NCBI RefSeq assembly: GCF_018977255.1 | Contig: NW_024704742.1 | Location: forward strand, 92,878,001-92,942,000 | Reading direction: 5' to 3' | Length of the DNA stretch: 64,000 nt | Source: Callorhinchus milii | Lineage: Eukaryota | Shown: positions 1 to 12,420 of the stretch, piece by piece | Layout of the letters: every line of letters begins with the position of its first letter | Numbering within the stretch: the stretch's first letter is position 1 | Made by a program: the position numbers and the translations under genes | The notes under the pieces: model-generated | The model's input: only the letters and a program-made list of their open reading frames with translations | Databases searched by the model: none | What the model was told of the DNA's origin: nothing

Positions 1-59
1 GGAAAGAGTAAGGGTTCCGGTCGGTATAGAGTGTAGGCTGGCACTCCAAAGCAGTACTG

Positions 60-200
60 GGGAAAACACTTCTTTGCCCTTCAGATGAGACGTTAAACCG
101 AGACCCCACCTGCCTGTTCAGTTGATCCCTTGGCATGAAAAAGGAAGATAATTTCTCCTGGTGTTCTGGGCAACAATTCTCCAAATAAATTGCTCATTAC
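60..200 (+). mobile_element. Old Deu-domain SINE fragment
   Basis: cttcagatgagacgttaaaccgagacccc...ttctcctggtgttctgggcaacaatt is shared with copies at 53.2 kb and 63.3 kb and matches the recalled Deu core. Confidence 0.6.
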
Positions 201-1224
201 ATCAAATTTAATATCCTCTCTTCTTCCTCCCCACTTTCCCCATTTTGGGGCCTTCTACCAGATTTTAAACAGCCTAATCAGATCACCCCTAATCTCAACC
301 ATTAAAGTCTACCCAAGCTTTCATCCACAGCTAAACCTCTTCAACCAACGGAATAAATTGAGTAAATTGTGACTGAATACCCTCCAAGACAAGTACATTT
401 ATTGGGACAGTTTTATACTCTAAAGTGACACACAAGTTATTTTTCCTTTCCCACTACCTCAAATAAGGGCATTTAGAAATTGTCTTCATCTGCTCTAAAA
501 TAAGTATTTCTCATTAGTATTTGTAACATTTTTACCACACATGGTTGTCATTCTCTTGGACTGTACACTGTCCCTTGGCAGAGAGGGGCAGGGTGTGTCA
601 CACTCTTACCCCTCTCCTCCCTGCTTTCCATTGCTCCTGATCCCAACCTCCAACTCGGGTCCAAATCCCTGACTGTCCAGCACCTTGGGACATCCTCGCA
701 ATGTGAAAGGTATTATACAAATGTAATTTATTGTTGCTGTTGTTGTTGCATCCTCCTGCCTGATCTATGCTACTCTACAGCTGGGCTGCTCGGAGCGAAC
801 CATTTCTCCTGAGACAAGACAAATTAGCAGCTTCCCATGTACTGCTATAAAACTGCACGGTCCCAGTCTATGGCATTAGCATATTGATTTACTGAAGATT
901 TTTCATCTTTTTTTGTGAGTCTTACATACACTGAGAAAAAACAAATGACGGGGTAAAATATCCTCCTGTGTCCTGATTGATGACTTCCTGGCTAATTTAG
1001 ATCTATAGACACTGGGGGAGGGTTAAATTAGAGGAGGGGGAACTCTTCCAAGATTTGTGGGGTGGGGGGAATAGGCACCACTGATCACTTCTGACTTGAC
1101 ACCACCTTTGAGTGGAGTTTTCATGAGTTGGTTTGATGTACATGAGGTTCTTTACAAGAGACACATTTTACATCGAAGGGTGTTTTATCTGACACATTCA
1201 TCCTGGGTGTTTTTTTCTATTTCA

Positions 1225-1540
1225 AGCTCAGTGGTTAGAGCACTCGCTTTGCAAGTGAGAGACCTGAGTTCAATTCCAGGCAGGTCAGGGCGAAACCTTG
1301 GGCAAGTTTCCTTACTCCACACAGAGCCTAATAATAATCCCTCCAAAACCCAAAACAATAATAAATTGGTCATTTTCAATCTACGACTGTTTGTGGGACA
1401 TTGCTGTGCGCAATTGGCTGCCGCGTTCGCCCACAAATATACAGTCAGTTCACTTTACAGTGTGTTCTGTGAAGCGCTTTGGGACGTCCTCCCGACGTGA
1501 AAAGCGCTATATCAAATGCAAGGATTATTATTATTATTAT
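1225..1540 (+). mobile_element. Near full-length tRNA-headed SINE with L2-like tail
   Basis: A box AGCTCAGTGG, B box GAGTTCAATTCC, body gggacattgctgtgcgcaattggctgcc, tail gtgaaaagcgctatatcaaatgcaagga(tta)n; many copies in the window. Confidence 0.9.
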
Positions 1541-3244
1541 AACCACTGAGACTCAAGCCCAGAACCATCTGGTCATAAACTCCATAATGAACTAGCTGAG
1601 CCAGGTGGAAAGCTTACATGCAAACAATGCTCTAAGTTGCTCTTTTGCCCTGTAGAATTTCGTAGCTCCATGACCTGAAGCTGCAAGGAGTTTTTTATCA
1701 TACACTCAATCTCCTGAGTCTGGATCAAAGAATCAAAGAATGCTTAGAACCTATCCCCCCCAAAAAGTAAAGAAACTCACCTTTAAATTCACTTTCAAAA
1801 ATGATTCTGCCTTAGAATGATTTGTGAATATAAATTGGAATGTGGGAGAGGCATCAATAGGCATTGGAGTCATATATACTTTAGGTAACAATAGACAGTC
1901 ATCATTTATAAGCAGATTTGCTTTCACAGGAAGGGCATATCATTGCTCAGACGGAGCCATTTGGGATTTTCTAATGATTTGCATATAAGTGGATTTGATA
2001 TCTGGAATTGATCTTGCTTGTGACTTTGACCTGATAACTAATGAGCAGCTTCTTCGCTAATGGCTTATATTCAGAGTATTCATGAGGTTCTACCCAAGCT
2101 TGTTGTACCCACTTTCGAGAGCACAAGAACGTGTGTTTAAAAAGAACTTCCTGATAGGATGAAGAAGGCGTGTTTCCATTTGGTGCAGATGAAAAGAACT
2201 GGAAATCTGAAATAAAAACAGGAAAATGTTGGAAATATCTGCTGGTTGATCAGCATGTCAGGGTCTCACTTGAAACATTCATTTGATTTTCTCTTCTAGA
2301 TGCCAACCGGCTGCTTTGCAGCTCCAACATTTTCAGTTTCTATTTATGAACTTTAGCCATAATCTACTCAATATTGATCATAGAAATTTACAGTTCAGCA
2401 GAAGAACTATTTGGTACTTTTAAAGAGCAGTGCTTTCAGTCCCATTTATCTGTCTTTTCCCCAGACCTGTGTGATGCATTCCTTTTTTAGATATCTATCT
2501 GATGAACAGGATTTCCTGGTATTATGGTGATGTGTGTACAAATATAAATATTCATGTTTATCTATAATGAACAGTCAGTACACCGTCAATGGTCAAGCCT
2601 TCAACCTTTTCCCCCTTTCCCTCTGAAACGCACCCCGGAAATCCCTCCATCTTGTCCCACTCTCCTTTCAAACCCTATGTTAATACCTATCTCTTGGCTT
2701 TTTCAGTCACTTTCTGTCCACCCACCTAGTTCCTTCCAGGCTTGGTGTACCATTCAGTTTTTATACAACACTTTGAGATACTCTCCCAAAGTGAGAAAGT
2801 ATAGTATGCTATATAAGTGTAACTTGGATAATTTTTGATCAGAGTCATGTCGGGTCCACAATCAGATGCACCAAAAAGAGTAGCCGATAAGATTGAAAAG
2901 GCTCTCAAGTGAACAGAGGTTCAAACCAAGTAACCACATAACCGTACAACTTCTATTGTGTATAAAACCTTTGAAAGTCAAATACAGCAATACTGAAGAT
3001 ATTCCGTTAAAATGAAACAGCATTGCTACTCTAATTCCTGATCATTCAATAACATTTATGGGAATAATTAAAATTTAATCAAAAGGAATTAACTTTATTG
3101 GAATTAAATATCGGAACAAATTCTTCAGAAAAATTTATTCAATTACAATCCTTTTTGTGTTTAGCAGTCTGGGAGATTAAGTTCAATATCTGCGCTAAAG
3201 CTGATCTTATTAAATTTTGTCCTTTTTTTTACAATATATAACAG

Positions 3245-3296
3245 GACACTACAGACTATGTTGCGTATGTGGCGAAGGATCCAGTCAATCGTCGAG
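3245..3296 (+). CDS. SHC3: SHC adaptor protein 3, PTB-domain exon (first exon visible in window)
   Basis: acag|GAC...CGAG|gtaa; translates DTTDYVAYVAKDPVNRR, the SHC3-type PTB segment; 52 nt, phase 0 to 1. Confidence 0.95.
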
Positions 3297-3741
3297 GTAA
3301 TGTGCACTCCCTTGTTAATATATATTCTTTCATAAAATCCTAGCAGCACAAAAAAACAGGGGACAAGACCTGATATAAGTTACAGTGGGCATGTTCGTGA
3401 CAAACACAATATTGTATCTGACCAAACTTCACCCTCCAAATAACAGTCAATAGTTAACAGATAACACCTGATAACTGGGGCCAGAGTTTGATGGGAAGAG
3501 TTGCAACTCAGCAAATTAATTTTGTAGCTTTTACTCACCCCCCACCACTCACCCTCTAACAAGTGATATTCTTTACTGAAGAGTTGTGCCTGTGCTATAT
3601 TTTTAATTGGAGATTTTCATAATATCTCAAGGTTATCAGAAAGAATGAAATTGTAGCTCTTTACCTGAAAGTGTGGAGACATTTTATTAAAATTCAGTCA
3701 CTTCTGAAGAATGTGATGTGAGGTGTGATAATTATTTTTTC

Positions 3742-3965
3742 TAATAAATAATAATAATCCTTGCATTTGATATAGTGTCTTATTATGTCATTAAGATGTC
3801 TCAAAGCGCTTCACAGAATATACTGCAAAGTGAATAGACTATATTTTGTGGGTGAAACATTAAATATTAATATTTGTATTGTGTCTTTATTTTGTTAGTT
3901 TTTAGTGGATTTTGTGGGCGAAACGCAGCAGCCAATTGTGCGCACAATGTCCCACAAACAGTCAT
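3742..3965 (-). mobile_element. SINE 3' half with a 50-bp internal insert
   Basis: Reverse complement of the 1225-1540 tail and core. Confidence 0.85.
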
Positions 3966-4010
3966 GTGATTATATTGTTGAAACCTTGGTTCCTATCGAG
4001 GTCTGGGGTG

Positions 4011-4180
4011 CCCCACTCCCACCTCAACTTCAAGGCAACGGTTGGATCTGAAACTTGTCAGCGACTGCCATTGAATTCCCTGCCTGTCATTTCACTTCTG
4101 ATACAGTTGAGTGTAGAGCAACAAGTTCAATGCAGTCGGGGGCTGGCTTCAGACTCAACGTGAAGTTGGGGTGGTGGGGG
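4011..4180. repeat. Degenerate palindromic (MITE-like) element, family B
   Basis: Three nested inverted-repeat pairs; related sequence at 16318-16480 and 11790-11860. Confidence 0.65.
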
Positions 4181-4339
4181 ATATCTGTAAATATCGGCTG
4201 AGCTATCAAGAGGGGTAGAACTTTCGATATGTGATGTTGTTTCACACCTCAAATTTCAGATAGTTCAGGTTTGTGAACTCTTGTGGGTGAAAAATATCAT
4301 AGCATTGGACTGTAACAGTTTTCACAATACCTCCGACAA

Positions 4340-5060
4340 TACCTCACTCCAAGCTGCCGAAATCCTTGTTCATGCCTTTGTCACTTCTCGGCTGGACTAC
4401 CCTAACGCCCTCCTCGCTGGTCTTCCCTCCTTCACTATTCACAAAATTCAGCTCATTCAAAACTCCGCCGCCCACATTCTGAAACTTCATACCCCGATTA
4501 CTCCAGTCCTTGCCAAATCCACTGGCTCCCTGTCACAGAGCGGATGAACTTCACGATTCTCACTCCGGTGTTTAAATCCCTCCATTCCTTGACACCCCCC
4601 TATCTCGCTAACTTCCTCTCTCCCCACAGCAGTACCTTCTGCCTCCACTCTACTGGGTCCAGCCTCCTCCATGCCCCCCGAATCCCCCGCTCCACCATCG
4701 GCGGCCGTGCCTTCAGCCACTATGCCCCGAAACTTTGTAACTCCCTCCTCAACCCCTTCACCTCTTCCCCTCCTTCCCCATCTTCAGGTCGCACCTAGAA
4801 TCATAGAATCATACAGCGCAGAAAGAGGCCATTCGGCCCATCGTGTCTGTGCCGGCTCCTAAAATAGCAATCCCAACTTAATCCCACTGGCTCGCTTTCT
4901 CTCCACCTGAATCTGGCCCGCACCTGAAGACTTTCCTCTTTGAATGCGCCTATGGTTACCTTCCCCCTCTCCCTGGCTTGACCTCGGCTCCACCATTGTT
5001 AAGCGCTCTAAGACGCCGCAGAGCGTGGAGGGAGCTATATAAATGCAAGTAGTTGTTGTT
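4340..5060 (+). mobile_element. L2 LINE 3' fragment interrupted by a CR1-type tail (4797-4918, - strand)
   Basis: AAEILVHAFVTSRLDYPNALLAGLP (L2 ORF2 C-terminal part); tail ctatataaatgcaagtagttgttg. The insert is flanked by TSD cgcacct (4790-4796 and 4919-4925). Confidence 0.85.
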
Positions 5061-5841
5061 CACGATTTTTGAAGCATCTACTACGAGGGTAGTGAATGAG
5101 AGAACAATACACGGAGCCACAACAGTATATAATAAACTCAAAACAAAAAAAAGAAGTCGCTGGGAACAGCTTCTTTTCCAGCTTCTGTTTTTGTTTTCAG
5201 ATTTCCAGCATCTGCAGTATTTTGTGTTTTGTTTTATAGTAAACTCAAATACACCATATAATGGAAATGCAGATTTCACATTTGAGTAACATCTGCTGTG
5301 CAGAAAACTGTACACATTATATAGCAAAATGCAAATGCTTGATACTGGTGATGTTCATCCACTATGGGGTGAAGTCTGTGCCATTTCACAACACATTATT
5401 TAACACAAGAATGGGTTATGAAATGCTGCAAACTTTACCCCACCATCCTTCGGGTGAGGTGTTACATTCAGATCCCATCTGTCTATTCAGGCTGACATCT
5501 AAGATCCCATGGTATATTCTTATTCGTTCTGGCCAACAATTCCTCCAGATAAGATTAAAAAAAGTCACTTCATGGGACACTGCTATGCCAAATTCGCTGC
5601 CAAATTCACTCCTACAAAATACACATTCTTTATAGAAAAAAAACTCTGATGGGCTGTGAGACTTTTGAGAGGATAAGGTGCTTTATCAAATGCAAGGAAT
5701 ATTATTACTGTACTCTAACCTGAGACTGATCATGCTTACTCATCAACATATTGAGAGCATGAAACAATCCAATAGAAGGCTTCACAACATTAAATAGCTG
5801 TGCTCTGAGAACTGATAAGCTGTTGTTTGATGTTTTTAAAG

Positions 5842-5968
5842 CATGCCACATATTGGAATGCTGTGACGGGTTGGCTCAAGACGTTATTAGCACCATAGGC
5901 CAAGCATTTGAACTTCGATTCAAGCAATATCTCCAATGTCCTTCCAAGATATCTAACATTCACGACAG
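5842..5968 (+). CDS. SHC3: SHC3 exon, end of PTB domain
   Basis: aaag|CATGC...GACAG|gtaagt; (A)[41 protein letters not shown](R); 127 nt, phase 1 to 2, compatible with both neighbours. Confidence 0.96.
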
Positions 5969-7364
5969 GTAAGTACAGAGAGCATTGACACTTATGCTTT
6001 TATATGCACAATCGAGTATTATACTTTTAAATCTGTGTCAGACTGGGGGTTGCAAAAATTGAATTGATTGCATTAATACTGCACATGGAAGTCACAAGAT
6101 TGAAATAATGAAGTTACGTAAGAGCAGTCAAAGTAGACTGGTGGCATAAACACTCAAGTCATGCACTGGGATCAAAAACTCTGATTCTCCCATTTCCTTG
6201 GCCTTGTGATTGTAACGTGATATTAATCTTGCCTGCTAGAATGCTCACACCAGTCACTGAAAATAAACCATTACTTTTTTTCATTTTCATATAATGATTT
6301 ATTATAATCTTGCCCCTTGCTTTTTAGAGTTTAATCTGTATTTTGAATTGAAACAGTAGAGCAGCATTCAAGGTTTTTATACTGATCCCAGATTTTATTG
6401 GATCTAGAATGGCAAATAAAGGCTGCTTTGTGCCTGTCTGAGGGATGAACACGAGTCAAGTGTGCATGTTCTGAGCATTTTGGGAAAGTATACATATTTC
6501 TAAGAAATGTTTAAGGTCAAAGCTCATGAAGCCTTTACTTCGAATTATTCAATAATATCCCAGACAATCCTGTTTCATTGCTGGGATGTACATTCTGAGA
6601 AAATAAATAACAAAACAATTTAATTTGTTAATCCTCTTTGTTTCCCAAAACTATACAGAAAGGGGATTATATAGGTTTGCTGTTTATTTGTCAAGTAGAT
6701 ATTTGGGGATTTCTAAAACAAAAACAATTTCCCCATGATGACTAGCAATCGGCTTGCTAAGCACAAACCATTGTTATGCAAATAAAATAGTTGATTTTAC
6801 ACGACTGGTGGTTGGGGTATAAGCAAGAATACATAAATATCTGCTCTCTATTAGCAGAGGTCAGTGGTAGACTGGATCCCTAAAAGGGTCTGAGAATTTC
6901 ACTGAAAAACTGGGTGGTGGGGAGGTACCAATTTATGGGGGGTGGGAGTCGGTGGTGGGCGCCAGTGCCAAAGAGCATAAAACAACAACAAATTACATTT
7001 GTATAGTGCCTTTTACATCAAGAGGACGTCTTACCCTGAACAACGCACAAAGGCCTTCCCTGGCACCTCTGCAGTCACCTCCAGCCTCGGGGTGAGGGGA
7101 GATGTTGGGAGATTGTTAGCGCACTCCCCATATCTTGGAGCCGACAGTGGCAGCAGATTTCCTCTCCTCTAGGTTCCGTGGCTATCCCACCATGTGCCGA
7201 TGGTGCAGGGTGTGGAGTGTGGCTGTGCAAGGAGGAAAGTAGCTGTGTCTGCGCCGGGCTCAAGAGACCCGTTTGTACTTCTGTATAAGTGCCTAGAAGG
7301 CTGACATATGACTGTACGGAGGATAAGTGTCTGTCGGTTGATTCCTAGAAACCCAGCGATGATG

Positions 7365-7860
7365 TGGTTCATTCCTCTAACACTAGGGGTCATCCTGGTT
7401 ACTCTCCTCTGCACTGCCTCTAGGGCCTGGCAGCCCCTTATGTCTTGGTGACCAGAACTGTTTGCAGTGTTCAAGGTGTGGCTTGACCAGAGCACTGTAC
7501 AGCCTGAGGATGATGTCTGGGATCTGAATTCAACTGATTTAGCAATATAGCCCAGCACCTGTTTGCCTTGTTTAATGCTGCCCCACACTGGTTTAACAGA
7601 GTGAGCAACAAGTCAACTACCATCCCTAGATCTCGTTCAGCTTTTGCTTTGGCAAGTTCTAACTCAACCATGGAGTACTTGTGTTTCCTATTTTTGGATC
7701 CTATATGTAGTACTTTGCATTTATCTGTATTAAACTTCATTTGCCAGTTATCAGCCCCTAAACTATCGCTCTCTTTGTAGGACCTTTGCTGCCTCCTCTG
7801 ATTCCATAGTTTGCCCTAACTCGGTGTCATCTGCAAATGTAGTTCTTTTACACTGGCTCT
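7365..7860 (-). mobile_element. CR1 LINE ORF2 remnant
   Basis: MKFNTDKCKVLHIGSKN...ERDLG and [12 protein letters not shown] motifs, frameshifted. Confidence 0.88.
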
Positions 7861-8169
7861 GTGAATCTGTGTCCAGAAGGAAAAACTAGCCACTTTATAA
7901 TATGAGCTGCCCCTTGAGGCAGATTTGCTTTTGAAGAGAAGTTCAGGGATTAACATGGTGCAAAAGGAAGACAGATGTTAAGATGGGATCGAGAAACCAG
8001 CCGTGATTTAATCAGATGGCAGAACAGGCTGAATGGTTAGAATGGCCTCCTTGTGTTCGTGTGTTTCTATATGTGCAATACGACTTTAAGCAGCTGCTTA
8101 GTGTATTTTTTGTGACTTGTATTCTATGCTTCAGCACCTTACCAAGGGCTATTTTCCAATGTTACACAG

Positions 8170-8353
8170 AATACCAAATTTCGAAGAATCATCTTGGGCT
8201 GGTGAAGATGAAGAGGTAATAGAACATCCATATTATAACAGCATTCCTGGGAAAATACCACCTCCTGGAGGATTTATTGACATCAGGCTAAGAGATGTCC
8301 ATCAACAAGCTCTGATTCAGACTTTGACAGCCCATCATGCTGATGCAAATCAG
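8170..8353 (+). CDS. SHC3: SHC3 exon, CH1 region with YYN Grb2-binding motif
   Basis: acag|AATA...CAG|gttggt; IPNFEESSWAGEDEEVIEHPYYNSIPGKIPPPGGFIDIRL...ANQ; 184 nt, phase 2 to 0. The donor is less canonical than the others. Confidence 0.92.
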
Positions 8354-8574
8354 GTTGGTAACATTTTCCTGAATGATCTTTCTCAACAGGCTGCAAAATG
8401 GGATTTAAATAAAGGAATATCTAAAGTACAACTTAACTAAGTTACACAGTTGTGCACTCCAATGGCTTTAAATCCATAGAACCATAGAAATTTACAGCAG
8501 AGAATAGAGGTGCTCATCCATTCAGAGCGATCGCTAAATATCAATCAGCTTTGATTGTAAGTGGAGACTCAGTA

Positions 8575-8708
8575 TGTATAGGAGGAAGCAGGGAATAGGA
8601 GGATATGGGAGAAGGGATTAGGTGGCTCATGTGGAGTGGAAAAACTAGCATTAACTAGTTAGGCCGAATGGCCTGTTTCTATGCTGTAACATTCTATGTA
8701 ATTCTATA
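8575..8708 (+). mobile_element. CR1-type 3' tail
   Basis: ggccgaatggcctgtttctatgctgtaacattctatgtaattctat; related tails near 29.5, 35.4, 39.0 and 50.8 kb. Confidence 0.7.
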
Positions 8709-9179
8709 ATCCTCGCCAGTGATAATTATCGCCTCACATCTAACAATTGTCTCGCCTGTACGTTTGAAGCAATTTAAGAATCAATTTACTTTGTGACTTA
8801 ATGCTTTCCTAGGTCTATATTTAACACTTGTACTATCAGGTCACTCACTGCTTGATCAAATGGAATGCTGACATTTTTCACATGATATGAAAACAGTCTC
8901 GTAAAGTCTGGCTAGAATTTATGAAAGTGCAGGTCTCCCAAGATAGTGCTCAGGAATACCTAAAAACAATCTGTGTTGAAGTAATTACTAAATTGCAATT
9001 TAATAAAAAAAGAATAGAATAAACTGAAAAGTTCTCAGGCGTAGATGAACTTCAAACTGGGGGAATAAGCCCACCCATCGTTCCACAGATAGAAATGTTT
9101 GTATTCTGTTAATCTTTCTTGCTCTATTATTTTAGGCTTGGAGCCCTTAGTGTTGAACAATTTTACTTTGTTACTGTAG

Positions 9180-9276
9180 CCAGTGTTAGCCATAGGACAA
9201 GATCAAAGCTACTATCAAGACCAGCATCTTGGTGAGAGCCACAATGAAGAATGGAGAAAGGCACTCAGCAGATATG
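9180..9276 (+). CDS. SHC3: SHC3 exon, CH1 region with YYQ motif
   Basis: tgtag|CCAGTG...TATG|gtaaat; PVLAIGQDQSYYQDQHLGESHNEEWRKALSRY(G), resembling human SHC3 EQTYYQGRHLG...EDW as recalled; 97 nt, phase 0 to 1. Not in the ORF track. Nearby AGs give the wrong phase or a stop. Confidence 0.88.
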
Positions 9277-9630
9277 GTAAATAAATGAACCTACAGCAAG
9301 ACAACGTTTGTCCCCTCCTCAAAAAAGTCAATGAAGTTGGTCAGACAAGGACGATGCCACCTGAAGCTGCATTGGTGTTCATTTATTATAGTGGGGCACT
9401 GTTATAATGTGGTTGTTGGGATCCATAAAATCCCATCCCAGGCTGTAACAAGACACAATATCTGGTTTCTCTGTGCATTTGCGCAGCTGAATGACTCACA
9501 TGTGCTGGCCTGTGGACATTTTGTTTTGGTGTTGGGCCAAGTCAGGCTATGTTCAAATTCTAGATACCCAGTGCTGGGGCGTTACTATAAAGCATAAATT
9601 AATAATAATAATCCTTGCATTTGATATAGT

Positions 9631-10420
9631 GCTGACAGCATCAGCATCCAAGGCTGCCTCTCCATCTCTCAAAGCCAATCAGGAACCTCGGTGTTCTGTT
9701 CAACCCTGAGCTGTCCTTTCTCCGTCATATCCGCGCCACAACTGGCACCGCCTTCCATCACCACCGGAATATCGCCAGACTACGGCACTACCTCACCCCT
9801 CACGCTGCTGAAACTCTGGTCCACGCCTTTATCACCTCAAGGCTGGACTATGGGAACTCTCTCCTCGCCGGCCTTCCCGGCACCTCCCTCCACAAGCTGC
9901 AGGTCATTCAGAACTCTGCAGCTCGTGTACTGTCCCGCACCAGGCTTCGCGACCACATCAGTCCCACCCTCACTCGCCTCCACTGGCTCCCCATCCCCCA
10001 GAGGATCGAATTCAAGATCCTCATCCTCACCTACAAGGCCATTCACGGCCTTGCTCCCTCCTACCTCTCTGACCTACTATCCCCCTACTTACCTGCCCGT
10101 ACCCTCCGTTCCTCTGGCTCCGATCTGCTCCACATCCCCCGCCCCAACTGCCCTACCATCGGTAGCCGGGCCTTCAGCCTCTCAGCCCCGAGGCTCTGGA
10201 ACTCCATCCCCCAGTGCCTTCGCCGCCTCCTCCCTTTCCTCCTTCAAGGCCGGTCTCAAGACCTTTCTCTTTGACTGTGCCTTCAGCTCCCCTCTCGACT
10301 CTCTGCCCTCCCCTCACCCTGACCATTTCCCCCCTGCTCGGGTCCTGACCCAACTGTACAGCGCCTTGGGACGTCCTCCCGATGTGAAAGGCGCTCTATA
10401 AATGGAATCTTGTTGTTGTT
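9631..10420 (+). mobile_element. Young 5'-truncated L2 LINE inserted into a minus-strand SINE tail (9601-9632 and 10421-10500)
   Basis: Near-identical to 58450-59244; ends in (ttg)n; the SINE tail resumes in register at 10421. Confidence 0.92.
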
Positions 10421-11021
10421 GCCTTATCACCTCATTAAGATGTCTCAAAGCACTTCATAGAATATACTGTAAAGTGAATTGGTTTTATATTTTGTGAGTG
10501 ATACATTAGATATTAGACAGCAGTATTGTGTCTTTTTATTTTATTAGCTTTTACATTTATTGAGGTCAGCCCAATAAATCTGTAATTGCAGGATATGGTT
10601 CCATCACCCTCCTAACTGCAGAAATTACATTTGTTTTTTTCCAGTTAATTGGAACCTCCCCAATGTTTGTTGACTCCCTCAAAATGTTTCTCAAATCTCC
10701 TCCCTTGTGTCTCTAAGTACAGTGGGGTACAGTTTTAGAATCTCTATCTCGTTATTGTCAAAGTCCTGGAACCTGTATTACACACATTGAATGTTGGACA
10801 AAGTTATTTATCCCAGCCACACAAGAGGTAGTTCCAGCCAGGAACTGTTCTTATTACAATTGTTGTCTGGTAATGTACTGTACCTATGAACAGGAGCGCC
10901 TTTTTAAATGTATCTACATGACCTTGTAATATTTTGGAATTACTGCAGTCAATGTTTAGTATTGAAGTAAATATCTGGGTGAAGATTGATTTTTATTCCA
11001 TTCCTTACTCCACGCCTAAAG

Positions 11022-11216
11022 GGTCCTCTGGTGATTTATACATTCAGCCTGAAGTGAGACCTTTATTGACCAAAGGTGGAGATGCGCCAACATATGTCAA
11101 CACTCAGCACTTGGATGTCCAGGCTTTAGCTGCATTGCAAGTAGATCCCACTACAGGGTCCAATGAAACAATAAGCCATGCAGAAGAGAGCCCTCGGAAA
11201 GATGCTTTTGATATGA
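11022..11216 (+). CDS. SHC3: SHC3 exon, CH1 region with YVNT motif
   Basis: aaag|GGTCC...ATGA|gtaagt; SSGDLYIQPE...APTYVNTQ...ESPRKDAFDM; 195 nt, phase 1 to 1. Confidence 0.94.
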
Positions 11217-11403
11217 GTAAGTGCAAATTTCAGTCTTCTCTCCCCAGCCCCTGAAAGTAAAGATGTCAGTTTGTATGCTTGTCAAATGATTGGTTCTGAA
11301 CTATTTTCATCAGCCTGGCCCAAATGGCAACTCTCTTGACACTGTGTATGAAAGTTGTGAGTTCCAGTCAGTGCACAATGGCATCTAAGCTCATAGACTA
11401 GGG

Positions 11404-11602
11404 CAGGATGGTCCAACCTTTTGGCCAGAGGGCTGGATGCCCTATTTGAGAAACGTCCATGTGCTGCATAAGCAATATTTTTGTGTTTCCTTTCCAGAAA
11501 CATAACATAACATTTACAGGTTATGGAAGGAGCGGGTGGGCCAGATGAAATGGGGGCTGGGGTGGCAAATGTGGCCCATGGGCCGCCGGTTGTACTCCTC
11601 TG
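11404..11602. mobile_element. Degenerate hAT (Charlie-type) MITE
   Basis: Ends caggatggtccaacc and ggttgtactcctctg; flanking 8-mers gactaggg and gtctacgg (6/8 match). Confidence 0.6.
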
Positions 11603-12124
11603 GTCTACGGGGATTCTGGGCTATGTCAGAGGTGCCATCATAGAAACAAGGCATTGCACCAATGTCTTATTTCAATGATGGCACTTCTGATATCTCCCAG
11701 GGATACCGTTAACCACCACTGAAATGCCAACTCCATGGTTTGGAACAAGAGCGAAGGCTGTACCAGGGTGAAGAGAGAAGCATTGATAATCTGAAAGTGG
11801 CTTTGAGCCCATCGTTATGCTGCAGTTGAAGTTGGGGGAGGAATTGCAGTTTTCACACCCAGAGCCAGTCTACATGAATACATAGAAAAACCTGAATTGT
11901 CTTAATTTGTTCAATAACACATTTGAATCTGTTATGCAACTTTACAGTTTTTACCCTTATGTTCCTATGATCCCGAAGCCAGATGATTTTTGGCTTTCCT
12001 TGTCCCAAAGTATTGAGGTTAATTTGAGTGCCTGAGTACAGGCCCTGCTGAGATCAACTAAATGCAATCAAGCTGATACATGGCTGAAGAAAGCCACATT
12101 GTTCAATATGTCCTGCAATTTTTA

Positions 12125-12420
12125 AAATAATAATCCTTGCATTTGATGTAACGCCTTATCATGTCTCAAAGCGCTTCACAGGATATACTGTAAATTGGAT
12201 TAATTGTCCGTGTATTTTGTGTTGAGGCTAATTTGAGTGCTGAGTTGCACAGCAATTTCCCACAAATAGCCACGGCCTGAGTGACCATTTTATTTTGGGG
12301 AATTGTTGGCCAGGACACCTGGAGAACCTCCCTTCTTTTTTTGAATAGTGCCAATGGGATCTTTAATATCAAGCTGAAAAGGTAGACGGGACCTTAGTTT
12401 AATGTCTGATCCGAAGGACA
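12125..12420 (-). mobile_element. Deu-domain SINE
   Basis: SINE tail followed by aattgttggccaggacacctggagaac...gtttaatgtctgatccgaaggaca. Confidence 0.7.

Noticed and set aside
1..3240. Search for the preceding SHC3 exon (expected to encode an IIANHHM...SFASGGD-type segment)
   Set aside because: Not found by eye; presumed to lie upstream of the window.
7030..7362. GC-rich stretch between an L2-like tail and a CR1 remnant
   Set aside because: No recognisable protein motif, termini or second copy, so it cannot be assigned.
9691..10401. Long Pro/Ser-rich ORFs (also 43016-43732 and 58394-59146)
   Set aside because: Alternative frames of C-rich L2 sequence, repeated in every copy; not host genes.
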